DNA of 64,000 nt from Octopus vulgaris (taxonomy: Eukaryota), in assembly GCA_951406725.2 (NCBI GenBank), contig OX597814.1, forward strand, positions 201,128,001 to 201,192,000. The letters are read 5' to 3'. The translations under genes were made by a program, and so were the position numbers. Positions within the stretch are counted from its first letter, which is position 1. Each line of letters begins with the position of its first letter. Below, in pieces: positions 63,315-64,000 of this stretch. The notes under the pieces are model-generated. The model saw only the letters and a program-made list of their open reading frames with translations, was not told where the DNA came from and did no database searches.

Positions 63315-64000
63315 ACTAGCAGTATCGCCCGGCGTTGCTCGGGTTTGTAAGGGAAATAACTATATAAGCATTTTTAGAGAGTTATAGCCAAAAAGTAGCA
63401 AAAAAATGCATTAAAAATTGAAAAAAAATTAAGGTAAATTTTTCTTTAAATCGTTGACACATCGTAGATATTTTTAGAGAGTTACTTCCCTTATATAAAA
63501 GCGAAAAAAATGCATTAAAATGGAAAAATATGATGGTAATTTTTTTTTAAATCGTAGACTCATCGTAGACGCGCGCTAATACCCAGAAGGGCTCGTTTGT
63601 TATTCTGGGTAACTTTCTGTAAAATTATTAAAATTTTGTTCAAACATCGCTATAGAAAATGGGTTATTAGCTAATATTCAATTGGGTATACAACAAAATT
63701 TTACGATAGAATTTGTTATTCTGGGTAACTTTCTGTAAAATTATTAAAATTTTGTTCAAACATCGCTATAGAAAATGGGTTATTAGCTAATATTCAATTG
63801 GGTATACAACAACATTTTACGATAGAATTTGTTATTCTGGGTAACTTTCTGATACCCATAATAATATTTATGGCAAAATAGGCCTTAATTTCATTTAAGA
63901 TTGTGGGAAATAACAAACTATCCTTTCTTTCGGTTTGTTTACGTTTAGCGTAATGATTTCAAATAGGCTCATTCGAAAAAGTAAATAGAAATAGTCTAAG
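63315..64000 (-). mobile_element. Helitron-like 3' end with internal tandem repeats (116-bp unit, ~2.2 copies, 63596-63851)
   Basis: Minus strand ends CCCGAGCAACGCCGGG-CGATACTGCTAGT; unit starts at 63596, 63712 and 63828. Confidence 0.72.

Overview
AT-rich, microsatellite-dense eukaryotic non-coding DNA. The SINE/LINE families resemble those of octopus (cephalopod) genomes, which is an inference. No host protein-coding exon can be supported, and most ORFs in the track are translations of simple repeats. The window is a mosaic of decayed transposons: three RTE-clade LINE families, R4/Dong-like and CR1-like LINE fragments, a nearly complete Penelope-like (RT + GIY-YIG) element plus fragments, Tc1 and mariner elements with TIRs, a pogo/Tigger fragment, non-autonomous Helitrons, a hAT-like MITE, a solo LTR with a 5-bp TSD, and three tRNA-derived SINE families (one carrying the Meta domain). 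The most notable hidden signal is a set of hammerhead-ribozyme (HHR) motifs in small repeats, several embedded in TA tracts. Some are type I minimal HHRs, including core variants U3-A8 and C4. One repeat family (9.7, 10.4, 14.3 and 40.0 kb) has the three HHR strands in a non-circularly permuted order (NUH strand, then GAAA strand, then CUGANGA strand) with covarying stems. That makes it a candidate pseudoknotted hammerhead topology outside types I/II/III. All ribozyme calls come from reading the sequence by eye and are untested.
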